The notes: generated by a model from the letters alone, not told the origin. DNA of 64,000 bases from Candidatus Woesearchaeota archaeon (GCA_038891615.1 JAWADY010000002.1:140416-204415), one strand, 5' to 3'; positions 1 through 9,333 are shown, counted from the stretch's first letter. A program made the numbers and translations.

Positions 1-147
1 TTGCCAACTAGCCCCACACTTTGGACATCGAAGGGGTGGATAAGAAAGCTTGATGTTCCAGCCGCACTTTGAGCATACCCACTTGAGGAACTTTTTGAGC
101 TTTTCTGGCACATTGCTAGGTTTGATGACTCTTTTTTTCACTTGCAT
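1..147 (-). CDS. small zinc-ribbon protein, partial (3' end runs off the window)
   Basis: Hand translation from ATG at 147: MQVKKRVIKPSNVPEKLKKFLKWVCSKCGWNIKLSYPPLRCPKCGASWQ.. It has two CxxC pairs. Confidence 0.35.
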   Translation of the reverse strand, partial: MQVKKRVIKPSNVPEKLKKFLKWVCSKCGWNIKLSYPPLRCPKCGASWQ

Positions 148-303
148 CTTGTGCCAGGCTTCTTTTGTTATCATCAAAATCAATGCCTTTCGCGTACTAT
201 AAAAATTTTTGCTCAACAAAAGGTTTTTTAAGTCGCTTTGTAACAAATATGGAGTTTGTTGTGAAAGTCGTCAAGCGTGGTTGTTCACTGTAGTATAATC
301 CGA

Positions 304-376
304 GGGCCTGTGGTCTAGTGGCTATGACACTGCTCTCACACGGCAGAGGTCGGGAGTTCGAGTCTCCCCGGGCCCA
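304..376 (+). tRNA. tRNA-Val (anticodon CAC), intronless, CCA not encoded
   Basis: Hand-folded cloverleaf. Acceptor GGGCCTG/CGGGCCC, anticodon stem CTGCT/GGCAG with loop CTCACAC, T-arm GGGAG-TTCGAGT-CTCCC, discriminator A. Confidence 0.9.
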
Positions 377-390
377 TTGCTTTTCAAAAA

Positions 391-1296
391 TCATTTTGAA
401 AAATAGCCAAATATTCGTTTTATCAAGAAATAGCTACTCTTTGAGAATTGCCTTTTTTGCAATTCTTTCTTATTTTCCTTGATATCTATCCACTTTTTTT
501 CTTGAACTTTTTGTTTGAGTTGGTCGTACCACTCAGATGGATAAATTTGAAGCTTGGATTCTAAGGACTGCTCATAGCTTTTACCATTGTTCTTTTCCAT
601 GCCTTTTAGTGCTTCGTAATGTAGCAGTGCTGCAACTGCATCTTTAGTTCGTTCAACCAACAATGGCCATCTTCTTTCAAATTCTTCCCTTATTTCGCGA
701 TCGCAAAGATACTGCTTTGAGATTGTGTATGCAAGCCAGAAAGGACTTTTTACTTCCAATTTTCCGTTTTTCACGAATAGCTTTTCAAACTCATTCCAGT
801 TGCGGACTGTTTCAAGCTTTTTTGCATACTCTTCAAAGCCTGGGTCGTACTCAGGCCTGTTTATGACGATGTCCGCAGCAAACCATGGTTCGTGAATTGC
901 CGCAACTTTGCTCTTCGCTGCAGAAGAATCTAACATATCAAGAAGTGATACGCTTTTTATCAAAGCGTATTCCCTTAGGTTCTCACAAAGACATGGATAA
1001 AAAAGGCTGATGTCTTCAAGAAAAGCCGTTGCCGCATTTAGAAAGTTATCAAGAGACTCAAGATAATTGCTATTTTCGATTACCTCTTTTATAAAAATAA
1101 TCTCTTTTAAAAGTTTTAGTTCATCCGAAACAAGGCTAGAATACTTTTCCGACCTTTTAGCATCTAAATAGCTTAAAACAGAGCTTATGTGACTAACTAT
1201 GCCTTCACTCACTTTTCTCACCCTCTGCTTAAATTGTTTGTAAAGAAAAGGTCCAAAAAGAACCTTCTTTTTATACCTTTCGTTTTCAAAAATCAC
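391..1296 (-). CDS. hypothetical protein (301 aa), no family recognised
   Basis: Long ORF in the track. Its start overlaps the stop of the upstream Nre-like gene by 11 nt (1286-1296), which suggests co-expression. Confidence 0.6.
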   Translation of the reverse strand: MIFENERYKKKVLFGPFLYKQFKQRVRKVSEGIVSHISSVLSYLDAKRSEKYSSLVSDELKLLKEIIFIKEVIENSNYLESLDNFLNAATAFLEDISLFYPCLCENLREYALIKSVSLLDMLDSSAAKSKVAAIHEPWFAADIVINRPEYDPGFEEYAKKLETVRNWNEFEKLFVKNGKLEVKSPFWLAYTISKQYLCDREIREEFERRWPLLVERTKDAVAALLHYEALKGMEKNNGKSYEQSLESKLQIYPSEWYDQLKQKVQEKKWIDIKENKKELQKRQFSKSSYFLIKRIFGYFSK

Positions 1297-2467
1297 ATAA
1301 GGTTTTCTGAAAACTAGTGCTGTTTATAAGTTTCATCTCGGCTTTGTGTTTGGCAATCCCAAGCTTAAGTCTGGTGTTAAGGTATTGCAAAGCCTCTTTC
1401 ATTGTCTTAAAAGTTTTGGCATCTTGCCTAAGAGCTTGCTTTGTCAGTTCTCTGCAAAGCCATACACCTGTTGGTATGTACCCTTCGTAGACCTCTCGGA
1501 AAACAAAAGCCCCTGCTTGCTCCCCTTTTTTACTCAGGTGCTCTGCAACAACATTTCGCTGTGCATAATAACAACCGCCCATTTCAGAGTAAACCTTTCT
1601 GCCAAAATGTCCTTCAAAATCGCTAAAAGTGAAGGTTTTGTTAGGAATTACGTTGATAAAAGCTTCAATCGCTTCATATTGCCATTTTCCTGGGGTTAGC
1701 AAAACTGCAAAATAGTTGTCCATGCCATATGATTCATAAATCCTGAACTCATTGATCGGTTCTAGTTCTCTTACTTCTGCAATTGCTGCCTTTCCAAGAA
1801 TATCATCTGTTGCTGTGATGGACCAACGAGTTGGCACAATCCTACGTTTTTTTCGCAGTCCAAAGGCGCCTGTTGATAAAGCTCTTTGGATTGTGGTAAA
1901 CTCCAACCCTTTCCTAGCAAGCTCAACAACCGCCTCCGCAGCCCTCATGTCAGTATCATAATGTGCCTTTTCTAGGTCTTTATGCCATTTTGCATTTTCA
2001 ATTTCAATGCTTTTCAACTTTCCAGAAGGACCAAATGGTTGGTGGTCTTCACTAAAAGTTATTCCACGAGGCTTGTGTTCAAACTCAGCGTTTGCAAGTA
2101 AAGACCTTTTTGATAGAGCAATTTCTTGGAGTTTCTGTATAAGTTGATTGTCAACATCAGTCGCCTTTGTCCGCTGCATGCCTCTCACAAGCTTCAGCCT
2201 AAAATTTATTATTTCATCCTTACTAAATCTGCCAACCCACTTCTCAGGCGCATCATATATTTGGCTGTCAGTTTCTTGTGTTAGCATTGGACCTGCAAAC
2301 ACGTTTGGATAGCCATCTCTTCCAATAAAAACAGATGGTGGTGAACTTCCCTCAAGCCTCTCTTTGTCAAGCAGGCTTTTAAGCTTGTATTTTTGTGCGG
2401 TCAGTCTTTGCAGAAATGCCCTTTTCCCAACCATCGTAAAGAACATGTGCTCAAAATTTAAAAGCAT
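1286..2467 (-). CDS. Nre-family (NreA-like, DUF650/DUF651) putative DNA-repair protein
   Basis: 393 aa. The N-terminal 'SSPPSVFIGRDGYPNVFAGPM' and the length match my recollection of archaeal Nre proteins. Three candidate Met starts (2467/2446/2434). Confidence 0.55.
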   Translation of the reverse strand: MLLNFEHMFFTMVGKRAFLQRLTAQKYKLKSLLDKERLEGSSPPSVFIGRDGYPNVFAGPMLTQETDSQIYDAPEKWVGRFSKDEIINFRLKLVRGMQRTKATDVDNQLIQKLQEIALSKRSLLANAEFEHKPRGITFSEDHQPFGPSGKLKSIEIENAKWHKDLEKAHYDTDMRAAEAVVELARKGLEFTTIQRALSTGAFGLRKKRRIVPTRWSITATDDILGKAAIAEVRELEPINEFRIYESYGMDNYFAVLLTPGKWQYEAIEAFINVIPNKTFTFSDFEGHFGRKVYSEMGGCYYAQRNVVAEHLSKKGEQAGAFVFREVYEGYIPTGVWLCRELTKQALRQDAKTFKTMKEALQYLNTRLKLGIAKHKAEMKLINSTSFQKTLCDF

Positions 2468-2500
2468 TACGACTGAATGTCCAGTGCGTTGTTGGCTAAA

Positions 2501-2507
2501 TTTATAA
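2501..2507. promoter_or_regulatory. TATA box candidate (TTTATAA) between the divergent Nre-like gene and tRNA-Pro(CGG)
   Basis: Lies 24 nt upstream of the tRNA 5' end at 2531 and 34 nt from the ATG at 2467. Confidence 0.5.
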
Positions 2508-2530
2508 GCCCTGAAAGCTTTTGGTTAAAA

Positions 2531-2604
2531 GGGGCTGTGGGCCAACTTGGCTAAGCTTCCAGGTTCGGGACCTGGCGATCTGGGTTCAAATCCCAGCAGC
2601 CCCA
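2531..2604 (+). tRNA. tRNA-Pro (anticodon CGG), intronless
   Basis: Acceptor GGGGCTG/CAGCCCC, anticodon stem CCAGG/CCTGG with loop TTCGGGA, T-arm CTGGG-TTCAAAT-CCCAG, discriminator A. Confidence 0.9.
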
Positions 2605-2672
2605 CTTTTAGCAAAAGCTCAGAAAATTATTTAAAGCAGACTTCTGATTAATCAGTTGTCAAAAGAGGTAAA

Positions 2673-2924
2673 ATGCAAATAACAATAGACACTAATAGGG
2701 ATTCTCCAGAAGACATAAAAAAGGCAATAAAAGCCTTACTCGCAATTCTTGGCAGCCCTATTTCAGAAAGCCTTTCAAAAGTTCTAGAAAGCAGCAATCC
2801 GATTGATGCTCAGCAGGAAAACATCTTTGGAAACATCTTTGGTGATGAGGCTCCTCTTTCAGCTTCAGGAGAAGAGGTTAAGGCTACTGGAGTTAATGGC
2901 GAATCAAAGGTTGAGGTGTACTAA
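2673..2924 (+). CDS. small acidic hypothetical protein (83 aa)
   Basis: ORF in the track. An AAATTATTTAAAG box and a GAGGT motif lie upstream. Its stop overlaps the next ATG (TAATG). Confidence 0.5.
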   Translation: MQITIDTNRDSPEDIKKAIKALLAILGSPISESLSKVLESSNPIDAQQENIFGNIFGDEAPLSASGEEVKATGVNGESKVEVY

Positions 2925-3403
2925 TGGCGCGTGCGCTTCAGCCAAGCCTTAAGCAGATTGCTTCAGATGTCAGGCTGATAAGGGAAGAAATGGTTGAGAA
3001 GGTTCCATCCCACTTTTCTCCAAGGCACATAACGAGTGCATTCTTCGGAGCGCTTTTTATTGGAATGATGTTTGTCATAAAAGGGTTGCTGCTTCAAGTT
3101 GCTTCTATTCTTACTTCACGTCATCTTTGGATAATTGCAGCTGCCACTTTTATCATTCTTACTGGAGAAATATATTTTGTAGGCTACAGCAGGGTAAAGG
3201 ACAAGTCCAAAAGACCCTTCGGTCAGTTTTGGTTTAAAAGAATTGTTTCATACTCCATTATTGCGGTGCTTGTGTCATACTTTCTTGTTTACATTTACGG
3301 GATAAATATCCTGGCCGGTGCGAACACATACAAGGTCATCGTTGCACTTTTATTGCCATGCGCAGTTGGTGCATCACTTGCAGACCTTCTAAAGCAGTAC
3401 TAA
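2924..3403 (+). CDS. integral membrane protein (159 aa, about 4 TM)
   Basis: Hydrophobic segments in the translation. Translationally coupled to 2673..2924. Confidence 0.55.
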   Translation: MARALQPSLKQIASDVRLIREEMVEKVPSHFSPRHITSAFFGALFIGMMFVIKGLLLQVASILTSRHLWIIAAATFIILTGEIYFVGYSRVKDKSKRPFGQFWFKRIVSYSIIAVLVSYFLVYIYGINILAGANTYKVIVALLLPCAVGASLADLLKQY

Positions 3404-3407
3404 GAGG

Positions 3408-3857
3408 TTGAAAGTGGTCGGTCAGAAAAAGAGTGTTAAGAAGAAATTCGAGTTTCTGCCGCATACCGCAGATGCAAAATTCAGGGCTTATGGCAAAAAC
3501 ATTGAGGAATGCTTTGTCAATGCAGCTCTAGCAGTTACTGCAATAATGTTTGACTATAGCCGCATAAAGCCATTGCTGAAGAAAGAGGTTTCTGTTAACG
3601 GAAGAGATTTGAAAGCCTTGCTCTATAATTGGATTGAGGAGCTGCTTTATCTTCTTGATGCAGAAGGCTTTGTCCTTGGAAGAATTGAACAGCTTCAAAT
3701 AAAAAAGAAGGAAGGAAATGGCTGGCTTCTAACAGCCGTACTTATCGGAGATACTGATCAAGGTAAGTATGAAGTGATTGGTCCTGTTGTGAAGGCTGCG
3801 ACATATAACGAAATGGAAATTTCAGATGATTATGTTCAGGTTGTTGTTGACATTTAG
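3408..3857 (+). CDS. archease (RtcB activator)
   Basis: 'FEFLPHTADAKFRAYGKNIEECF' matches the archease N-terminal HTAD motif. Sits immediately upstream of rtcB. The start may be the in-frame GTG at 3414 rather than the TTG at 3408. Confidence 0.8.
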   Translation: MKVVGQKKSVKKKFEFLPHTADAKFRAYGKNIEECFVNAALAVTAIMFDYSRIKPLLKKEVSVNGRDLKALLYNWIEELLYLLDAEGFVLGRIEQLQIKKKEGNGWLLTAVLIGDTDQGKYEVIGPVVKAATYNEMEISDDYVQVVVDI

Positions 3858-3931
3858 ACCTGCTGTTTGAGAAGGAGGTTGCCAGCAACATTTTTAAAGA
3901 TGCTTGAATGAAAATTTTTAGGTGGCTTTGT

Positions 3932-5353
3932 ATGAATATTACGCAAATTAAAGAAAACGTTTGGGAAATAAAAAAAGAAGGGCGAATGAGGGTTCCAGCC
4001 ATCATCTATGCCTCAGAAAAACTCATTGAAAAAATAAAGCTTGACAGGACTCTTCAGCAAGCCGCAAATGTAGCGCACCTGGCTGGAATACTAAGGGCTT
4101 CATATGTTATGCCTGATGCTCATGAGGGATACGGCTTTCCAATAGGCGGGGTCGCAGCTTTTGACATTGATGAAGGAATCATCTCTCCTGGCGGGGTTGG
4201 GTACGACATAAATTGTGGAGTACGGCTATTACGCACAGATTGGACAGAAAAGGACATTCACGACAAACGAAAAGAGTTGCTAACAGAACTGATGCGTGAG
4301 GTTCCTGCTGGGGTTGGAAAGGGAGGAATAACAAAGCTTTCAAAAGATGTCCTGACAGAGATTCTTGCCAAGGGCGCTCGTTGGGCTTATGAGAATGGCT
4401 ATGGAACAAAAGAGGACTTAGATTGCACTGAGGAATATGGTTGGGCAAAGGATGCAGACCCTACCTTTGTTTCTTCAAAGGCTTACTCAAGAGGGCTACC
4501 ACAGCTTGGCACACTTGGTTCTGGAAATCACTTTCTTGAGTTGCAAAGGGTTGATAGAATTTTTGATGAAAAGGTCGCGAGGGCCTTTGGAATCGAGAAG
4601 GTAGGTCAAGTTACTGTCATGATTCATTGCGGCTCACGAGGCCTTGGGCATCAAATTGCTTCTGATTACATAAAAGTTATGGAAGAAAAGTATGGCCACG
4701 CCCATCTTCCTGATCGCGAGTTGATAAATGCGCCCATAAACTCAGAGCTGGGAAGGGCTTATTATAAGGCGATGTGTGCAGCAATGAACTATGCTTTTGC
4801 AAACAGGCAGATGATTTGTCACTGGACTCGTGATGTTTTCAGAAAGGTTATGGGGACTTCCGAAGGCATGAAGCAGATTTATGATGTTTGCCACAACATA
4901 GCAAAATTCGAGAAGCACGAAGTTGATGGCAAGAAAAGGCTTGTTTGTGTCCATAGAAAGGGCGCTACCAGAAGCTTTGGTCCTGGCAGAGAGGAAATTC
5001 CAGAAGCGTATAGAAAAATAGGCCAACCAGTATTAATACCTGGAAGCATGGGCACTGCAAGCTATCTCCTGGTTGGAACAAAGGAAGCAGAGGCAGTGAG
5101 CTGGGGGAGTACTGCGCATGGTGCTGGTCGTGAGGAATCACGAGCTGCAGCTCTTAAAAAATGGCGTGGGGAACAGGTAAAAGCAGACCTACAAAAGCGC
5201 GATATAGAAGTTGTTGCACTGTCATGGAAAGGAATCGCAGAAGAGGCACCAGAAGCTTATAAGGATGTTGATGAGGTTGTGCGTGTTTCACACGAGCTTG
5301 GAATTGGAAAAATGGTTGTGAGACTCACCCCACTCGGAGTGATGAAAGGATGA
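3932..5353 (+). CDS. rtcB: RNA-splicing ligase RtcB (3'-phosphate/5'-OH tRNA ligase)
   Basis: Conserved RtcB blocks: 'MPDAHEGYGFPIGGV', 'GYDINCG', 'LGSGNHF', 'HCGSRGLGH', 'STAHGAGR'. I prefer the ATG at 3932 (MNITQIKEN..) over the track start at 3908. Confidence 0.95.
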   Translation: MNITQIKENVWEIKKEGRMRVPAIIYASEKLIEKIKLDRTLQQAANVAHLAGILRASYVMPDAHEGYGFPIGGVAAFDIDEGIISPGGVGYDINCGVRLLRTDWTEKDIHDKRKELLTELMREVPAGVGKGGITKLSKDVLTEILAKGARWAYENGYGTKEDLDCTEEYGWAKDADPTFVSSKAYSRGLPQLGTLGSGNHFLELQRVDRIFDEKVARAFGIEKVGQVTVMIHCGSRGLGHQIASDYIKVMEEKYGHAHLPDRELINAPINSELGRAYYKAMCAAMNYAFANRQMICHWTRDVFRKVMGTSEGMKQIYDVCHNIAKFEKHEVDGKKRLVCVHRKGATRSFGPGREEIPEAYRKIGQPVLIPGSMGTASYLLVGTKEAEAVSWGSTAHGAGREESRAAALKKWRGEQVKADLQKRDIEVVALSWKGIAEEAPEAYKDVDEVVRVSHELGIGKMVVRLTPLGVMKG

Positions 5354-5388
5354 CCCACTTTCTTGTAGCAAAGTATTGCATTCAAAAA

Positions 5389-5397
5389 ATATTTAAA
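5389..5397 (+). promoter_or_regulatory. TATA-like box (ATATTTAAA) for glucokinase
   Basis: Ends 23 nt before the ATG at 5420. Confidence 0.45.
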
Positions 5398-5419
5398 CCC
5401 CTTTAACCGAAAAAAACCG

Positions 5420-6343
5420 ATGAACATCCTTGCGGCAGATGTTGGTGGAACAAAAACGCTCATTGGTGTTTATTCTGAGCATTTTCAGGAGCTTGCCAAA
5501 AGAAGCTACTTGAGCAAGGACTATCGCTCGCTGTACGAGCTTGTAAAGGATTTTCTCTCACATTTTGGAAAGGCAGTTGATGTTGCGGTGTTTGGTGTTC
5601 CTGGCCCTGTTGTTGATGGTAGGTGCCGGACAACGAATCTCCCATGGAAGGTTGATTCACAAGCCCTTGCAAAAATTGTCAGAGCCGAAGTGGCACTTCT
5701 TAACGACTTCGAACTCGCTGGTTGGGGTCTTGACCTTGTCAAGAAGGGCTCTTTGATTCCTTTAACCTCTTATGTTCCTGAGGAGCGTGGCACAAAAGTG
5801 CTCATTGGAGCAGGGACTGGGCTTGGTGAGGCAATAGTTTATTGGGATTGTGAGGAGGGATATTTTGTTCTTCCTTCTGAAGGTGGACACACTGACTTTG
5901 CACCGAAAAACGAAGTTGAGTTTAAACTGGCAAACTTTATCGCTAAATCTGAAGGCTTTGTGGAATGGGAATCTGTGCTTTCTGGCCCTGGCCTTTCAAG
6001 AATATACAAATTCTTTTCTGGGAAAAAGCTTCCTCCTGAAAAAATAACAGCAGCCTACAAGCACGATTCGGCTGCGAGAAAAGCTGTGCAGCTATTCCTC
6101 TCCTTTTATGCGCGAGAGGCAGCTAACCTTGCCCTTACTGCAAAAGCAACTGGAGGTGTCTATCTTGTTGGCACAATGATAAACAGCTTGGTTGACGTAC
6201 TGAATAAGAAGGATTTTATAAGAGCTTTTGTTGGAAAAAGAAAGGTTTCTGCTCTACTCTCAAAAATTCCAATTTTTATAGTCACTGACCAAGAACTAGG
6301 CCTAAAGGGCGCTGTGTCCTTTGCCAAAAAACTCGAGCATTGA
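5420..6343 (+). CDS. glk: glucokinase (Glk family, PF02685-like)
   Basis: 'AADVGGTKT', 'LLNDFELAG', 'GAGTGLGEA', 'LPSEGGHTDFAP' and 'VLSGPGL' are collinear with E. coli Glk as I remember it. Confidence 0.85.
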   Translation: MNILAADVGGTKTLIGVYSEHFQELAKRSYLSKDYRSLYELVKDFLSHFGKAVDVAVFGVPGPVVDGRCRTTNLPWKVDSQALAKIVRAEVALLNDFELAGWGLDLVKKGSLIPLTSYVPEERGTKVLIGAGTGLGEAIVYWDCEEGYFVLPSEGGHTDFAPKNEVEFKLANFIAKSEGFVEWESVLSGPGLSRIYKFFSGKKLPPEKITAAYKHDSAARKAVQLFLSFYAREAANLALTAKATGGVYLVGTMINSLVDVLNKKDFIRAFVGKRKVSALLSKIPIFIVTDQELGLKGAVSFAKKLEH

Positions 6344-6371
6344 ACTTGGCACTCTGGTTTAAATCAAAAGC

Positions 6372-6378
6372 TTTTTTT
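6372..6378 (+). terminator. oligo-T tract (T7) downstream of glk
   Basis: 'GCTTTTTTTGA' lies 29 nt after the stop. Archaeal terminators are typically oligo-T. Confidence 0.4.
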
Positions 6379-6519
6379 GAACAAAATTAAAAAAACTCGC
6401 GAGGTTGGTCACTTTCTTCACTAGCGCTCTGGAACAAAGAGCTTCTGTCTTGTGTGCTGCGCCCAAAGTTCTCTCTTCAGCAAAGGTTTTTTATCAAGTC
6501 CTTATTCTGTTACTTCACC

Positions 6520-6684
6520 CTATGCAGCCAGCCAGCCAATCATGAATGCCTCTTCCTTGCTGCTTATAGCATCTTCCTCCATTGCGTGGTCAAGCCCTTC
6601 TTCTGAGTAGATGTCACAGGTGTGTCTTTCAAGCTCCTCAATTTCTTCACCCTCAATAACAATCTCGTCTTCAAACTCACTCAT
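6520..6684 (-). CDS. small acidic protein (54 aa), unknown function
   Basis: Hand-found ORF below the track cut-off: MSEFEDEIVIEGEEIEELERHTCDIYSEEGLDHAMEEDAISSKEEAFMIGWLAA. A GGTGG motif lies 6 nt upstream of the ATG. Confidence 0.4.
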   Translation of the reverse strand: MSEFEDEIVIEGEEIEELERHTCDIYSEEGLDHAMEEDAISSKEEAFMIGWLAA

Positions 6685-6937
6685 TTTTGCCACCTCTTTT
6701 TTCTCTCAGCGCCTCACTTCTCAATGTAAGCAAGCTCACCTGTTGGAGGAAAAGCTTGTGTATTGTTTCAGTGCTGAGGTCAACCAACTTTACCACCTCC
6801 TTTTTGGAATTTTTCACCAAATTATTTTCAAATATTGATTTATATATGCCACGATAGGCTGTCCAGTGGGTGTGAGTCGGGATTTTTAGAGAAAAATATT
6901 TAAACACAAAAGCTCTTGCAACAAAAAAGGTGAGTTC

Positions 6938-7723
6938 ATGAAATTTTGGGTCGCTTTAGTGACTAGTTTGTTTGTCATGCTTCTTTTGGGCTGTGCTCCA
7001 ACACAAACAATCATACCAACACAGCCTGCGCCAACTCCAGCCAAAGCACAACAAGTTGAAGAACCAAAAGTAAAAGAACCAGTTCCAACAATAAACATTC
7101 TATTTGCACCAAAAAGTGCAAAGGTCGGGGAGCCTTTTCAAATATCTTGGAAAATTGATGGGCCAAAAAGGACAATCACACACACTGCTGTACATTATGA
7201 TTACAGCTCTCATCCAGGAGTTTTTGGAACAGAGATTGGTCCTGCTGAAAGCGGGTATCGGTTTATTACCCAAAAGTACGCAAGCGGGAGTTTTGACATT
7301 CCTGGAACTTTTACTACAACAATAACTCCAACCACAACAGGCACGCTTTATTTCAGAGTACACACAATCATTGATGACAAACATTACTGGACTGATGAGC
7401 AGCAACTTGTTGTTGAGCCAGTTACAGAACAGCAAGCCCAGTTAAAGGAGTTCGTAATAGAAGCTGATGACAGCGGTTTTACCCCTTCTAGTCAGCTTTT
7501 TGTCAACAAAAACACCAGGGTAAAGATAACTTTTAAGGTTAGAAGCAGTGGTGTTTACTACGGAGGGCTTGAGTTCAAGTCACCTGCATGGGGGACAACT
7601 GGCACAATAAAGCCTGGCGAGAGCAAGAGTGTTGAGTTCACTGCCACTCAAACAATTCAATTCACTGCATTCTGGCCTGCAAGCAGCATTGAAAAGTGGA
7701 CAGCACAGATTGTAGTAGGATGA
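6938..7723 (+). CDS. secreted lipoprotein with C-terminal cupredoxin-like domain
   Basis: Signal peptide plus lipobox-like 'LLLGCAP', then a Pro/Thr/Lys linker. The C-terminal 'EFVIEADDSGFTPS..VNKNTRVKITF' resembles cupredoxin-like modules. Confidence 0.6.
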   Translation: MKFWVALVTSLFVMLLLGCAPTQTIIPTQPAPTPAKAQQVEEPKVKEPVPTINILFAPKSAKVGEPFQISWKIDGPKRTITHTAVHYDYSSHPGVFGTEIGPAESGYRFITQKYASGSFDIPGTFTTTITPTTTGTLYFRVHTIIDDKHYWTDEQQLVVEPVTEQQAQLKEFVIEADDSGFTPSSQLFVNKNTRVKITFKVRSSGVYYGGLEFKSPAWGTTGTIKPGESKSVEFTATQTIQFTAFWPASSIEKWTAQIVVG

Positions 7724-7729
7724 TTTGGC

Positions 7730-8077
7730 ATGGCAAAAGCAAATTTAGCAAAGGTTCTTCTAAGACTTAGCCTTGCCTTTTCCTTTGTTTATGCAGCAAT
7801 CGCCTCATTCCTACAGCCAACTGCTTGGCTTGGCTTTTTTCCAAAAGTACTAACAGCCATAATTCCTGCAAAGCTGCTTCTAGAGCTTTTTTCTGTTTAT
7901 GAGCTCCTGCTGGCTGGTTGGTTGCTATCCGGTAAGAAGGCTGCTTATGCAGCCCTTTTCTCAGCACTCACACTCGCAGGAATTGTTCTGTTTAACACCT
8001 CTCAGATGTACATTCTTTTCAGAGATGTTTCTCTTTTCTTTGCTGCACTTGCGCTTGTAGTAATGGAGATTGCGTAA
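7730..8077 (+). CDS. small membrane protein (115 aa, 3-4 TM)
   Basis: Hydrophobic ORF directly downstream of 6938..7723. Confidence 0.5.
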   Translation: MAKANLAKVLLRLSLAFSFVYAAIASFLQPTAWLGFFPKVLTAIIPAKLLLELFSVYELLLAGWLLSGKKAAYAALFSALTLAGIVLFNTSQMYILFRDVSLFFAALALVVMEIA

Positions 8078-8080
8078 AAG

Positions 8081-8088
8081 TTATAAAA
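8081..8088 (+). promoter_or_regulatory. TATA box candidate (TTATAAAA) for taw1
   Basis: Lies 22 nt upstream of the ATG at 8110. Confidence 0.45.
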
Positions 8089-8109
8089 GGCTTAGATGCC
8101 AATCTTTGC

Positions 8110-9243
8110 ATGGAAGGAGCACTAATTCAAAAGCCAAAGGAAGTAATTACTGAACATCTACAAAGCCAGCTTCCTGAATGGAAGCGTGAACGCCTCGAGA
8201 ACCAGCAGTATAGGCTTGTTGGAAGACATTCTGCAGTTAAGATTTGCTATTGGTGCAAGAAGTCAATACGTGGCCAAGCAGACTGTTACAAGAATGACTT
8301 TTATGGCATTCCAAGCCATCAATGTCTTGAGATGTCTCCAGCAATCACTTGCAACAAACGCTGCCGTCATTGCTGGCGAGACACAAGTGTTTATTCAACT
8401 GGATGGGTTGGCCCTGTTGATGAGCCAAAAGAAATTGTAGAAGGCTGTATAAAGGAAAGGATGAAGTTGCTCTCAGGCTTTAAGGGCAACCTCAAAGTTG
8501 ACAGGACAAAAGCATTAGCCTCTTTTTTGCCAAGACATGCAGCAATTTCCCTAACAGGTGAACCAATGATGTACCCAAGGTTTTCCGAACTCGTCAAAGA
8601 GTTTTATAGCCACGACTTTGAGACTGTTTTTGTTGTTACATCCGGGACAGTTCCCTCAACAATTAATGCCCTTTTGTCTTCTGGAATCCTGCCAACTAAT
8701 CTTTATATCTCTGTTGAAGCATGGGAACCTGAGATGTACAAGAAGCTTTGCATTCCTGTCATTCCGAATGCATGGGAATTGTTTCTTGAATCAGCATCCT
8801 TGCTAAAATATGTGCCAGCAAGGACTATCATGAGAATAACCTGTATGAAAGGATTAAACATGCATTCGCCTGAGAGTTTTGCATGGCTCGTCAAGGCAGG
8901 CAATCCTGATATTGTTGAATGCAAGGCATATGCGTGGATGGGCTATTCGAGGCAGAGAATGTCTCCTGAGAACGTGCCCAATCACGCTGAAGTTTTGGCT
9001 TTTGCAAAGGCGCTTGGCTTAGCAACTGGTTATGAGTTACTAATGTCAAAGGCTGGAAGCGATGTTGCCCTATTGAGGCGTCCATCTTATAGGAACGTTA
9101 ATGGAGAAGAATTTATTTATGATGGGCTCGAAGCTGAAAGGCGGTTTCAAATTGCACGCTTAGCCAAAATTAGAAAAGTTGTTGAAAGATGCAACTGCAT
9201 GCCACAAATTCTTAATGAATTATTTCAGAATAAAATATATTAG
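8110..9243 (+). CDS. taw1: tRNA 4-demethylwyosine synthase (radical SAM, Taw1/TYW1)
   Basis: 'YRLVGRHSAVKICYWCKKS', 'FYGIPSHQCLEMSP' and the radical-SAM cluster 'CNKRCRHCWR' are typical of Taw1. Confidence 0.8.
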   Translation: MEGALIQKPKEVITEHLQSQLPEWKRERLENQQYRLVGRHSAVKICYWCKKSIRGQADCYKNDFYGIPSHQCLEMSPAITCNKRCRHCWRDTSVYSTGWVGPVDEPKEIVEGCIKERMKLLSGFKGNLKVDRTKALASFLPRHAAISLTGEPMMYPRFSELVKEFYSHDFETVFVVTSGTVPSTINALLSSGILPTNLYISVEAWEPEMYKKLCIPVIPNAWELFLESASLLKYVPARTIMRITCMKGLNMHSPESFAWLVKAGNPDIVECKAYAWMGYSRQRMSPENVPNHAEVLAFAKALGLATGYELLMSKAGSDVALLRRPSYRNVNGEEFIYDGLEAERRFQIARLAKIRKVVERCNCMPQILNELFQNKIY

Positions 9244-9333
9244 CCAGCCTATAAGGATGAGTAGGATTGCTCCAATAGCCACTGCTGTTCCAATCACCCT
9301 CTTCACTGCACGTTCCATTTTACCTTCATTGGC

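Noticed and set aside
197-394. 65-aa ORF on the minus strand
   Set aside because: It lies entirely across tRNA-Val (304-376) and its promoter. It is an artefact of the tRNA sequence.
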